In this document: piece after piece, positions 35,495 through 45,502 of the stretch
Position numbering within the stretch: position 1 is the first letter of the stretch
Layout of the letters: each line of letters begins with the position of its first letter
Source of the DNA: Phycisphaerae bacterium
GTDB taxonomy: Bacteria > Planctomycetota > Phycisphaerae > UBA1845 > Fen-1342
Length of the DNA: 64,000 nt
Reading direction: 5' to 3'
NCBI GenBank assembly: GCA_963666925.2
Contig: CAXXTC010000003.1
Coordinates: 1 to 64,000 of the forward strand
Translations under genes and position numbers: made by a program
Notes under the pieces: model-generated
Told to the model about the DNA's origin: nothing
What the model saw: the letters and a program-made list of their open reading frames with translations, nothing else
The model's database searches: none

Positions 35495-36403
35495 ATGATC
35501 GCTCCGCTCTACGAATTCGTCGCCGACGATTTGCGGATCTGCGGGTTCTCACTCGCCGGCGAAGAAACCTACGTCGTCGTCCCCGAGTTGAACCTCGGCT
35601 TCGATATGGGACGTGCGCCACGCGAGGTCCTCGCCGTCGACCACGTCTTCCTCAGCCACGGCCATACGGACCATGCCGCCGGCGTCACCTACTACTTCTC
35701 CCAGCGCATGTTCATCGACAACGCGCCCGGGCATGTCTACGCCCCGCAGCCACTCGTCGCCCCACTCAAACGACTCCTCCACGTCTGGGGCGACATTGAC
35801 GGACACGAGCCGCCCGCAAACATCCATCCGGCCATTCCCGACGAGGACATCCGCCTGCGTCGCGACCTGATCGTACGGCCATTCACCGTCAATCACCCCT
35901 GCTGGCGCCAGGATCGCCGCTCCATCCCCTCCCTCGGCTTCAGCGCCATCGAAGTTCGCCAGAAGATCCTCGACGAGTATCGCAACCTCACCGGCCCCCA
36001 GATCGTTGCGCTCAAAAAGCAGGGTGTTCAGATCACCCGCCGGGTCGAGCTGCCACTCGTAACCTACTGCGGCGACACGGCCACCGGCGATTTCCTCCAG
36101 CGCGACCACGTACGAAAAAGCAAGGTTCTTGTCCTAGAGTGCACGTTTGTCGAGCGCGACCACCGGGCCCGGGCGCGGGCCGGGTTCCACATCCACATCA
36201 GCGACCTGCCCGAGATATTGGACCAGCTCGATAACGAGCACATCCTGCTGACGCACCTCTCCCGCCGCACGCCGCTGCCACGCGCCAAGGAACTCCTGCG
36301 CCGCGAGCTGAGCGAGTCGCAACTGCAACGGGTGTCGTTCCTGATGGAACATCGCCGCCGGCGCCGCCGCGAGCCGCCCACACCCCCGCCGGAAAGATCC
36401 TGA
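35495..36403 (+). CDS. MBL-fold hydrolase, short RNase Z-like
   Basis: SHGHTDH motif, YCGDT, LECTF, THLSRR. Confidence 0.82.
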   Translation: MIAPLYEFVADDLRICGFSLAGEETYVVVPELNLGFDMGRAPREVLAVDHVFLSHGHTDHAAGVTYYFSQRMFIDNAPGHVYAPQPLVAPLKRLLHVWGDIDGHEPPANIHPAIPDEDIRLRRDLIVRPFTVNHPCWRQDRRSIPSLGFSAIEVRQKILDEYRNLTGPQIVALKKQGVQITRRVELPLVTYCGDTATGDFLQRDHVRKSKVLVLECTFVERDHRARARAGFHIHISDLPEILDQLDNEHILLTHLSRRTPLPRAKELLRRELSESQLQRVSFLMEHRRRRRREPPTPPPERS

Positions 36404-36441
36404 ACCCACCAACCGGCCAGTTTCCCGCTAGAATAGATGGT

Positions 36442-37380
36442 ATGGATACGCCGATTCGTGATTCTGAACCCGTGACGGACCCCCGTCGACGGCGTCTGCC
36501 GCCATGGCTGAAACGCCCGCTGCCGAGCGGGTCGGCCCTGGCCCAGACCCGTCGCCTGCTGGACAACCTCGAACTAAACACCGTTTGCGTCGAGGCCCGC
36601 TGCCCCAACCTGACCGAATGCTGGTCGCGCCGCACCGCCACGTTCATGATTCTCGGCGAGCGCTGCACGCGCAATTGCCGGTTCTGTGCCGTCACCTCGG
36701 GCGACCCCGAGCCGGTGTCGGCCGACGAGCCCCAGCGTCTGGCCAGCGCGGCCGAACGATTGAAGCTCAAACACGCCGTGATCACCTCGGTCACCCGCGA
36801 CGACCTGCCAGACGAGGGGGCCGACCAGTTCGCTGCCTGCATTCGAACGGTCCGCGAGCGCCTGCCCGAGGCGACCGTCGAGGTGCTCACCCCCGATTTC
36901 CACGCCCGCCGTGACTGTCTCCAGACCGTGCTCGACGCCAACCCGACGGTGTTCAATCATAATCTCGAAACCGTAGCCCGGCTGCACCCGCCCATCCGCC
37001 CGCAGGCCGACTACGAGCGCTCGCTGCGAACGCTCGAGCTCGCCCGCGAACTTCGGCCCGACATCCGTACCAAGAGCGGGCTTATGGTTGGACTGGGCGA
37101 GACCGACGACGAACTCATCGAGGCACTGCGCGATCTGCGCCGCGTCGGCTGCGACTTGGTCACGATCGGACAGTACCTCCGACCGGCCCGCGATGAGCGC
37201 CACGTGCCCGTGCAACGCTTCTACAGCCCCGACGAATTCGACGCACTGGCCGAGCAGGCCCGCCAGATCGGCTTCCTGGCCGTCGCCAGCGGGCCCTTCG
37301 TCCGCAGCAGCTACCTGGCTGAGAAGCTCTACGCAGGCATGAGCCACGCCGAACCGGACAATCAAAGCACCGACCACTGA
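36442..37380 (+). CDS. lipA: Lipoyl synthase
   Basis: CVEARCPNLTEC, CTRNCRFC, VRSSY. Confidence 0.97.
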   Translation: MDTPIRDSEPVTDPRRRRLPPWLKRPLPSGSALAQTRRLLDNLELNTVCVEARCPNLTECWSRRTATFMILGERCTRNCRFCAVTSGDPEPVSADEPQRLASAAERLKLKHAVITSVTRDDLPDEGADQFAACIRTVRERLPEATVEVLTPDFHARRDCLQTVLDANPTVFNHNLETVARLHPPIRPQADYERSLRTLELARELRPDIRTKSGLMVGLGETDDELIEALRDLRRVGCDLVTIGQYLRPARDERHVPVQRFYSPDEFDALAEQARQIGFLAVASGPFVRSSYLAEKLYAGMSHAEPDNQSTDH

Positions 37381-37488
37381 GATCCGCTACCTCCCCGCTA
37401 CCGCTTCACGCCCGCTGCTACACCGGATATCCTCCGAGTAGCCGGCCTGCGCCCGGTCACCAGATTCTGCGCTACCAGGAAAGGCAAA

Positions 37489-38715
37489 GTGGCCAAGAAG
37501 AAAACGACCAGGAAGAAGACCACCGCGGCAAAGGCCGCTGACAAAAAGAGCGCGAGCAGCGCTACTCCCACCAAGCCGCGCCGCGGCCGGCACGACCGGG
37601 CCGCGGCTGGCGAGCGCATCATCAGCGTCGCCAAATCCATCGTCCAACTCGTCCACCAGCGGCACGATCCCTACATCGACATCCCCTCGCGCACGCTGAG
37701 CAACGTGCGCTTCAACGAAAAGAAACGCATCATCGAGCTGCTCGACGGCAAGCAGCGCCGCGCCTTCTTCAGCCTGCTCGGCCGGCGCAAGGGCGAGGGC
37801 AGCCAGGCCAAGAAGTTCATGCAGACCATCCGCGTAGCCGAGGTCTGCAAGCGGCTCATCGACGCCAACGACTCGACCAGCATTCGTGACCTGTTCTACA
37901 ACCTCAAGGTCCCGATCAAGTCTGCCAGCGGCAAGAGCAAAGAGCTGATCTTCGGCGACCAGTCCGAATCCGACCCGATCATTGAGGATATCGAGGTCGC
38001 GATGGCCGCCCTGCGCGAAGAGCTCGGCGTCCATGCCGAAACCAAAGGCGCCATGGTCGGCCCCATGACCATCATCGACAACGGCGACCGCATCGACCTG
38101 TCGGCCATGGGCTCCGGCGGCTGGGCCGTCCCCAGCATCGTTGAGTCCGAGGTTATCCAGTTCGTCAAGAACAACGCCAAGTTCGTCCTGCTGATCGAGA
38201 AAGGCGCCATCTGGCAACGTTTCAACAAGGATCGTTTCTGGGAGCGGCAGAAGTGCATGATCATTCATGGCGGAGGGCAGCCGCCGCGCGGCGTCCGGCG
38301 TTTGGTCTTCCGCATGCACGACGAGCTCAAGCTCCCGGTGTACGTCCTGGTCGACAACGACCCCTGGGGCTACTACATCTACAGTGTTCTCAAGCAGGGT
38401 TCGATCAATCTCGCGTTCGAGAGCCAGCGCATGGCCGTCCCCGCCGCGCGTTTCATCGGCATGAGCAGCTATGACGCCGAGCGGTTTGACATACCCGCGC
38501 ACGTTCCGATGCCGCTAACGCCGGAGGATCGTCGTCGGGCAAAGGAAATCCGCCAGTACCCCTGGTTCCATAAGCGTGAATGGCAGCGTGAGATCAAGTA
38601 CATGGAAGCGCTGGGCGTGAAGCTCGAACTGGAAGCGCTGTCGAACAAGCACTTCAGCTTCATCACCGAGGAATACCTCCCTCGCAAGCTCAAGGACAAA
38701 CGCTGGCTGGATTAG
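37489..38715 (+). CDS. top6A: DNA topoisomerase VI subunit A (Spo11-like)
   Basis: SIRDLFY catalytic Tyr motif, QSESD..IEDIE, TOPRIM LIEK and DNDPWG, KLELEAL. Confidence 0.93.
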   Translation: MAKKKTTRKKTTAAKAADKKSASSATPTKPRRGRHDRAAAGERIISVAKSIVQLVHQRHDPYIDIPSRTLSNVRFNEKKRIIELLDGKQRRAFFSLLGRRKGEGSQAKKFMQTIRVAEVCKRLIDANDSTSIRDLFYNLKVPIKSASGKSKELIFGDQSESDPIIEDIEVAMAALREELGVHAETKGAMVGPMTIIDNGDRIDLSAMGSGGWAVPSIVESEVIQFVKNNAKFVLLIEKGAIWQRFNKDRFWERQKCMIIHGGGQPPRGVRRLVFRMHDELKLPVYVLVDNDPWGYYIYSVLKQGSINLAFESQRMAVPAARFIGMSSYDAERFDIPAHVPMPLTPEDRRRAKEIRQYPWFHKREWQREIKYMEALGVKLELEALSNKHFSFITEEYLPRKLKDKRWLD

Positions 38716-38798
38716 GGCCGATCGCCGATGTGGCCGAAACGACAACTACGCAACCCGTCCGCACGCCGATAGCGGGCGCTGAATGGAGACGAACGCCC

Positions 38799-39251
38799 AT
38801 GATTCGCCTCGCCCCCCTCGCACTGACACTGCTCGCCAGCACACTCCTGACTGGTTGCGAACGCCAGGCACCACCCGCACCGCCGGCCGCGGCCGCCACA
38901 CACGGCGGTTTCGCCGACATCACGTTTGATCAGGCCCTGGCGCAGGCCGGCCGCGAGGGCAAGCTGGTCATGGTCGACTTCTATACCACCTGGTGCGTAC
39001 CCTGCAAAAAGCTGGACGAAACCACCTGGAAGGATCAGGCCGTGCTCGATTGGCTCGGCAAACACGCCGTCGCATTGCGCGTCGACGCCGAAAAGCAGCG
39101 CAACCTGGCCCGCCGCTACCACATCCGGGCTTTTCCCAGCATGGTGTTCATCAAACCCGACGGCACCGCGGTGCGCAAGTTCGAAGGCTACCTGGCGCCG
39201 AAGGGCTTCCTCGACGCCGCCAAGATGGCCAGCGACCAAGCCGCCAACTGA
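38799..39251 (+). CDS. Thioredoxin-family lipoprotein
   Basis: Lipobox LTGC; VDFYTTWCVPC active site. Confidence 0.9.
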   Translation: MIRLAPLALTLLASTLLTGCERQAPPAPPAAAATHGGFADITFDQALAQAGREGKLVMVDFYTTWCVPCKKLDETTWKDQAVLDWLGKHAVALRVDAEKQRNLARRYHIRAFPSMVFIKPDGTAVRKFEGYLAPKGFLDAAKMASDQAAN

Positions 39252-39315
39252 CCCCCAACCAGCGCCGGTACTCGTCGGCCGGTGGCCGCGCTCTCAGAAT
39301 TGGATTGTCCAATCT

Positions 39316-40644
39316 ATGGTTCCGACCAGGAGCGACACGCCCGCGACCCCACCACCGCGCAGTCTGGCCGCCCGTCTCGGCTGGCAGCACGTCGGATTCC
39401 GCGCCACCAGCCGCGGCCGGGCTCTGATCTCCCTCGCCCTGCTCCTGCTGCTGCCCTGTCTGGCCGACCAGTTTGCCTTTCAGGCCCGCATGCGCGACCA
39501 CAACCCCGACCTACTCGGCTGGCTCGCCAACGCCCGTGACATACAAACAAGCTCCCCCCAAACCTTCTACCGCGACAACCCGTTCTACATCTACCCGCCA
39601 TTCTTTCTGACGCTCATCGCCCCGCTCACCCACCTCCCCACGCCCGCGGCAGCCGCCGTGTTCGAAACCAGCAAGTGGATCGCGCTGCTGCTGAGCCTCT
39701 GGCTCGCCTGGCGGCTGTGCAGCCCGACCGACGAAGACGTGCCGCCCATCGTCGCCCTCGGCAGCCTCATATGCACCTGGCGTTTCTTCGACAACGACCT
39801 CGGCATGGGCAACATCAACATCCTGCTCCTGGCCGTCATCCTCGCCGGCATATATCTCGCCGGTCGCCGACAACACCTCCTCGCCGGTGCACTCATCGCC
39901 GTCGCCGCCAGCATCAAGGTCACACCCGCACTGATCCTGGTCTACTTCCTCTACAAACGCTGGTGGAAAACGCTGCCCGGCGCACTTATCGGGCTGGCCA
40001 TTTGTCTGATCATCTGGCCCGCCCTCTGGTTCGGCTGGGAGAACAACTGGCACCTGCTGGCATCCTGGTACCACGCCGTCGTCGCCGGCTTCATCGAACA
40101 CGGCGCCGTCCGCTCCGAACACACCAACCAGGCTCTCGTCGGCATCATCAACCGCCTCTTCGGCCCGCACGTCGGCATCCTCAGCGGCCGCGGCGAAGAC
40201 GTCTACCTGACCATCATCAACCTGCCGCCGTTCGCCCGCGACCTGCTGCGATTGCTGCTCGCCGGAGGCATCGTCGGCGGATTGGCCTGGACCTGCCGCC
40301 ACGCCGTTCGCCCGCGCGAGAATCCGCTCGGCTACGCCGCCGAAATCAGCCTCGTCCTCATCGCCATGTTGCTGCTGTCCGGACTTTCCTGGAAAGCGCA
40401 CTTCGTGACCATGACCCTGCCCTACTCGGTGCTGCTGGCCTATCTCGCCGATCGGCGTTACTCGCCCGGGCCGAGTCGCACCGTCGGCGTACTGCTGCTG
40501 GCATCGTTCGCTCTGGGCACACTCACCAGTGACATCATCACCCCGCGCGGAGCCGACTGGGCCGAGGCGCTCGGACTGATCGCCCTGGGCGCCATAGCAG
40601 CAGCAGCCGGGCTGTGGCGCATCCGCCAGGCGCTCCGCCCGTAA
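39316..40644 (+). CDS. GT87/DUF2029-like membrane glycosyltransferase (GT-C)
   Basis: YIYPPFF, GNIN, IKVTP, NQAL and SWKAHF motifs; many TM helices; start moved to ATG 39316. Confidence 0.8.
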   Translation: MVPTRSDTPATPPPRSLAARLGWQHVGFRATSRGRALISLALLLLLPCLADQFAFQARMRDHNPDLLGWLANARDIQTSSPQTFYRDNPFYIYPPFFLTLIAPLTHLPTPAAAAVFETSKWIALLLSLWLAWRLCSPTDEDVPPIVALGSLICTWRFFDNDLGMGNINILLLAVILAGIYLAGRRQHLLAGALIAVAASIKVTPALILVYFLYKRWWKTLPGALIGLAICLIIWPALWFGWENNWHLLASWYHAVVAGFIEHGAVRSEHTNQALVGIINRLFGPHVGILSGRGEDVYLTIINLPPFARDLLRLLLAGGIVGGLAWTCRHAVRPRENPLGYAAEISLVLIAMLLLSGLSWKAHFVTMTLPYSVLLAYLADRRYSPGPSRTVGVLLLASFALGTLTSDIITPRGADWAEALGLIALGAIAAAAGLWRIRQALRP

Positions 40645-40664
40645 CCCAGCCACCCACAGCCCAA

Positions 40665-40687
40665 GTGGGGCGGGCGTCTCGCCCGCC
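40665..40687. repeat. REP-like palindrome
   Basis: GTGG-GGCGGGCG-TCT-CGCCCGCC in the intergenic space. Confidence 0.6.
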
Positions 40688-40738
40688 AAGCCCACCTCAA
40701 CGTTGCGTCCACCCCGGCATCATGCTACGAATGCGCCC

Positions 40739-41467
<729 letters not shown>

Positions 41468-41470
41468 AAC

Positions 41471-42364
41471 ATGCGCCGGCGCTGCTCGAAAACCTGCGGA
41501 CTATTCGTACTCCCGGCCACGCTGCTCGTACTGCTGACCGCGTGTGAAACGCCCGGCGGCGGCGGCGGCTTCGGCCAATTGGGCGTCCACCAGGGCGACG
41601 AGGAAATCTGGGCTATCAATTGCCTTACCTTGCAGGGCTTCCAACGGCTCGAAAACGCCCAGGCCTACGCCGCCGCCCTCAAAAAAGTTGCCGGCCTCAA
41701 ACCAAAACTCGTCCAAATCATCAGCGATGCCGACGGTACCAGCGTGTACTACGGACGCTATCGCCGCATTTACGGCACCGACGCCAACGACGAGCCTTAC
41801 CGCCCCGACCCACGCACCGACCTTGAAACCATCCGCGGGCTGATGATGCAACTCGACGGCCAGAACGTCTGGCCGTTCATGCTCGCCTCGATGGAGATGC
41901 TGCCGACCTTTCAGAGCGAACATCCGGAATGGAACCTGAAAGACGCCACCGGCTACTGGGCTCTGCACGTAGGCGTGTTCTACAACACCGAGACCCTGCG
42001 CAGCCGACGATCCGCCGCCGAGGAATACTGCCGCGTGCTGCGCAACCAGGGTGAGGAGGCGTATTTCCACCACGGCGACGTCAACAGCTCAGTCTACGTC
42101 GGGACCTATCCGCGCGGCGCCGTCCGGGAGGCGCGACACGAAAACCCCTTTGCCGGCACGGTCGAAGTAACCCGCCAGATCGTCTCCAAGCCGCTCCAGG
42201 AAGCCCAAAAGCGCTTCCCCTTCAGCCTCCACAACGGCCACAAGTTCTACGAGATCATCCGCGACCGCCACACCGGTAAGGTCCGCGAGCGCTTGCCGGC
42301 TCCATCATTCCTGGTCATCGTGCCGCGTGCCCAACGCGAGTTGGGCCGCTTCGAGGAGCGATAG
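41471..42364 (+). CDS. Hypothetical lipoprotein with two SPOR-like units
   Basis: Lipobox LTAC; two beta-alpha-beta-beta units ending SVYYGRY and SVYVGTY. Confidence 0.6.
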   Translation: MRRRCSKTCGLFVLPATLLVLLTACETPGGGGGFGQLGVHQGDEEIWAINCLTLQGFQRLENAQAYAAALKKVAGLKPKLVQIISDADGTSVYYGRYRRIYGTDANDEPYRPDPRTDLETIRGLMMQLDGQNVWPFMLASMEMLPTFQSEHPEWNLKDATGYWALHVGVFYNTETLRSRRSAAEEYCRVLRNQGEEAYFHHGDVNSSVYVGTYPRGAVREARHENPFAGTVEVTRQIVSKPLQEAQKRFPFSLHNGHKFYEIIRDRHTGKVRERLPAPSFLVIVPRAQRELGRFEER

Positions 42365-42987
42365 TGCCCGCGATCCACCTGCTCCTGGCCACGCGTAACG
42401 CCGGCAAAGTCCGCGAGATCCGCCAAATGGTCACCGACACGCCGCTGACCTGGCACAGCCTCGACGAATTCCCCGATGTGCCCGACGCCATCGAAAGCGG
42501 CGCGACCTTCGCCGAAAACGCCCGGCTCAAGGCGCTGCACTATGCCGCCACCACCGGCCTGGACACGCTCGCCGACGATTCGGGGCTCGAAGTCGACGCT
42601 CTGGACGGCGCTCCGGGCGTGCAATCCGCCCGCTATGCCGGCATGCCCCGCGACGATACCGCCAACAACCGCAAACTCGTCAAAACCCTCCAGAACATCC
42701 CGCCCGAACAACGCACCGCCCGCTTCCGCTGCGCGATGGCACTGGTGCACACCGGCGCGGTCACGCTCGAAAGTGCCGGCGCCGTCGAAGGCGTCATCAT
42801 CGACCAGCCCCGCGGCTCCAGCGGCTTCGGCTACGACCCACATTTCCTCGTCGAAGATACCGGACGTACCGCCGCCGAACTGCCACCGGACGAAAAGAAC
42901 CGGCGTAGCCATCGCGGCCGAGCACTGCGCGACATGCTCAGGCAAATCGAAGCCCTGTACCGCGAGCTGGGGCTGTGGAGCGCGTAG
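42364..42987 (+). CDS. rdgB: XTP/dITP diphosphatase
   Basis: ATRNAGK, ENARLKA, ADDSGL, GFGYDP, SHRGRA. Confidence 0.96.
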   Translation: MPAIHLLLATRNAGKVREIRQMVTDTPLTWHSLDEFPDVPDAIESGATFAENARLKALHYAATTGLDTLADDSGLEVDALDGAPGVQSARYAGMPRDDTANNRKLVKTLQNIPPEQRTARFRCAMALVHTGAVTLESAGAVEGVIIDQPRGSSGFGYDPHFLVEDTGRTAAELPPDEKNRRSHRGRALRDMLRQIEALYRELGLWSA

Positions 42988-44618
42988 CCGCCGATTGCGA
43001 GCACACTCCCGCCGGGCGACGGCGACGATCGCCCGCACACACCTGGCCCCTCGCCGCCCTGATTCTGCTCGTCACGATCGTAATCAACCAATCGGCCGTG
43101 CATTGGCGCAGCAATCTCGTCGACAGCCACCTCTTCGGCTACTACGGCTGGTGCGTCTCCCACGGAGCCGTGCCTTATCTCGATATCTGGGACAACAAAC
43201 CCCCTGGCATCTGGTGGCTGAACGCGGCCGCCATGACACTTCTCGGCCCATACCTGAAAGCCGAAATCGCCCTGACCGCGCTCGCGCTGCTAGTCACACT
43301 GCTCGCGCTGACGGCGACCGCCACCCGCATCTATGGCCGGGCGCTGCTACTACCGGCCTTGCTGGCCAGCGCGATCCTGCTCACCGACGTGCGTTTTGAA
43401 TGTGGCAGCAACCGCACCGAAACCATGGTCGTCGCGGCCGAAGCGCTCGCCATCCTGGGCTATGTAAGCTGGCTGCGCAGACGTCGATTTCGCTGGCTCC
43501 TGCTGGCCGGACTGGCAGCCGGCGCCGCCCCACTCTGCAAACAATCCGGCGCCGCGGCAGGCCTGGCCTGCGGCCTGCACCTGCTCTGGCTCCAAGTCAG
43601 CGCCTGGCGCCAATCGGCCCCAAAACCCGCCGGACAGATAAACAAATGGTCGCTACCCGTGCTGGTTGGGGCAGCGCTCATTGTGCCGGCCGCTACGACC
43701 ATCGCGCTGGCCGCCCAGGGTGCACTCGGCGCGGCCCTGTTCGCCGTCGGCCGCTTCAACCGCGCCTATTTCGCCGTCGATGACGCCAGTTGGATCCACG
43801 TCGGCCGCGCTCTGGATATCTACCGCCCCGTCCTCGACAACATCCTCCCCGCCCTCGCCATCGCCGCTCTCGGCCTGCTCTGGTCCATCGGCCGATTGCT
43901 GTTCATTCGCCGCTCGAGCAGCCCGCCGCACCGTGGCGTCGGCGTTATCCTGCTATGGTTCCTGCTGGCCGCGTACCTCGCCTGTGTCGCCCCCGGACGA
44001 CGCGGCCACCATTTCATGCCCGCCCTGGCCCCGCTCGCTCTGCTCACACTCCTGCCGCTCCGAAACGCCCTCCACCGCGCCCGCTGGCACTTGACGCTGA
44101 TCAACCGCCCCGCCGTCGGCCTCATGCTCGTCACGTGGGTTTACCTGCTCGCCGCCCAGTTCGCGGACAGCCTGCCCGAGCTGCGCCAATGCTGGTTGCG
44201 CAAACCGACCTGGTACGCCCTCAACTATCGAACGACAACCGACTATCAGCGCCAGGCTGACACCATCCGCCTGCTCACCGAACCCGACGAACGCATCTAT
44301 GTCTGGGGCTGGAATCCCGGCGTCTATCGCCATGCCCGCCGCCTGCCGACCACACGCTACGCCACCCTCGAAAAACTCGGCCAGGTCGCCCCACACGCCG
44401 ACTTCATCTTCACCAGCGTCTGCGGCGCCCTCCGCCAGCACCCGCCGCGCCTGTTCGCCATCTCCCGCTACGAACACCAACGGCTCCGCGGCCCGGACGA
44501 TTTCGCCGGCTGGGTCGAGCAAACCTATATGCTGGTCGACACCGTCGCCGGCCTCGACCTCCTCCTGAGAATCGACGACGACCTACCCGCCTTGGACAAG
44601 CCGCATCAGCGCCGCTAG
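42975..44618 (+). CDS. ArnT/GT39-like membrane glycosyltransferase (GT-C)
   Basis: PYLDIWDNKPPG motif, many TM helices, soluble C-terminal domain (IYVWG). Confidence 0.78.
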   Translation: MERVAADCEHTPAGRRRRSPAHTWPLAALILLVTIVINQSAVHWRSNLVDSHLFGYYGWCVSHGAVPYLDIWDNKPPGIWWLNAAAMTLLGPYLKAEIALTALALLVTLLALTATATRIYGRALLLPALLASAILLTDVRFECGSNRTETMVVAAEALAILGYVSWLRRRRFRWLLLAGLAAGAAPLCKQSGAAAGLACGLHLLWLQVSAWRQSAPKPAGQINKWSLPVLVGAALIVPAATTIALAAQGALGAALFAVGRFNRAYFAVDDASWIHVGRALDIYRPVLDNILPALAIAALGLLWSIGRLLFIRRSSSPPHRGVGVILLWFLLAAYLACVAPGRRGHHFMPALAPLALLTLLPLRNALHRARWHLTLINRPAVGLMLVTWVYLLAAQFADSLPELRQCWLRKPTWYALNYRTTTDYQRQADTIRLLTEPDERIYVWGWNPGVYRHARRLPTTRYATLEKLGQVAPHADFIFTSVCGALRQHPPRLFAISRYEHQRLRGPDDFAGWVEQTYMLVDTVAGLDLLLRIDDDLPALDKPHQRR

Positions 44619-44653
44619 CATTTATCAGGCGGGTCCGTCCGTGAGGAGTTCCA

Positions 44654-44959
44654 ATGCACTTGCAACAGCAAGACGCCGGCCAAATCGAGCTGACCGTCGA
44701 CCTGAATCAGCTCAAGCGGATCTACACCGCTCTGTTCTGCCGGCTGCAAACCGGCGGCTGCACTTCCTTCGAAGACCTCGACCAGGACGACATGCTCCTG
44801 CAAATTCAGGAGCATCTTCAGCAACAGGCCGCCCGCCAGGGTATCGACTGCACTGATCACGCCGCGTGGGAAGCGTTTCTGGGTATATCCCACCCGCCCA
44901 ATTGCCCACGCCGCGGAGCCAAACACCCGGCCGGCGCCAAGGACACATCAACAGACTGA
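44654..44959 (+). CDS. Small hypothetical protein
   Basis: GAGGAG RBS; fills the gap directly upstream of coaD. Confidence 0.65.
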   Translation: MHLQQQDAGQIELTVDLNQLKRIYTALFCRLQTGGCTSFEDLDQDDMLLQIQEHLQQQAARQGIDCTDHAAWEAFLGISHPPNCPRRGAKHPAGAKDTSTD

Positions 44960-44963
44960 TCAC

Positions 44964-45497
44964 ATGCCCCAAAAGACCAACCACACCATCGCCGTCTATC
45001 AAGGGTCGTTCGACCCGGTGACTTATGGCCACCTCGACATCGTCAGACGAGCAGCCACGCTGTTCAACGAACTGATCGTCGGCATAGGCGTCAACCCCGA
45101 CAAGCAGCCGCTCTTTAGCCCCGAAGAGCGGCTCGACATGCTGCGCCCGCACATCGCCGAGCTGTCCAACGTCCGCGCCGCCACCTACAGCGGCCTGACC
45201 ATCGACTTCGTCCGGCAATGCGGCGCCCAGGTACTGCTGCGCGGCATTCGCGACATGGCCGACCTCAACAAAGAGGTCCAGCTCGCCAACCTCAACCAAC
45301 TCGTCGGTGACGTCGAAACCATTTTCATGCTCGCCAGCGATCAGCACGTGCTAACCTCCAGCACGTACATCAAGCAGATCTACGAGATGGGCGGCGGCGA
45401 CCTCGCACGCATCTCCCAACTCGTCCCGCCCAACGTCGCCGAACGACTAGGCGAACGACTGGAAAACATTCCCCGCAGCGAACCTCACGAGGAGTAA
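44964..45497 (+). CDS. coaD: Pantetheine-phosphate adenylyltransferase
   Basis: GSFDPVTYGHLD, LRGIR, SST..K. Confidence 0.95.
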   Translation: MPQKTNHTIAVYQGSFDPVTYGHLDIVRRAATLFNELIVGIGVNPDKQPLFSPEERLDMLRPHIAELSNVRAATYSGLTIDFVRQCGAQVLLRGIRDMADLNKEVQLANLNQLVGDVETIFMLASDQHVLTSSTYIKQIYEMGGGDLARISQLVPPNVAERLGERLENIPRSEPHEE

Positions 45498-45502
45498 CAC
45501 AC

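Noticed and set aside
37489..38715. Defence-associated TOPRIM nuclease (JetD/Wadjet-like)
   Set aside because: Full Top6A motifs, a Top6B gene in the window and no SMC/Jet genes.
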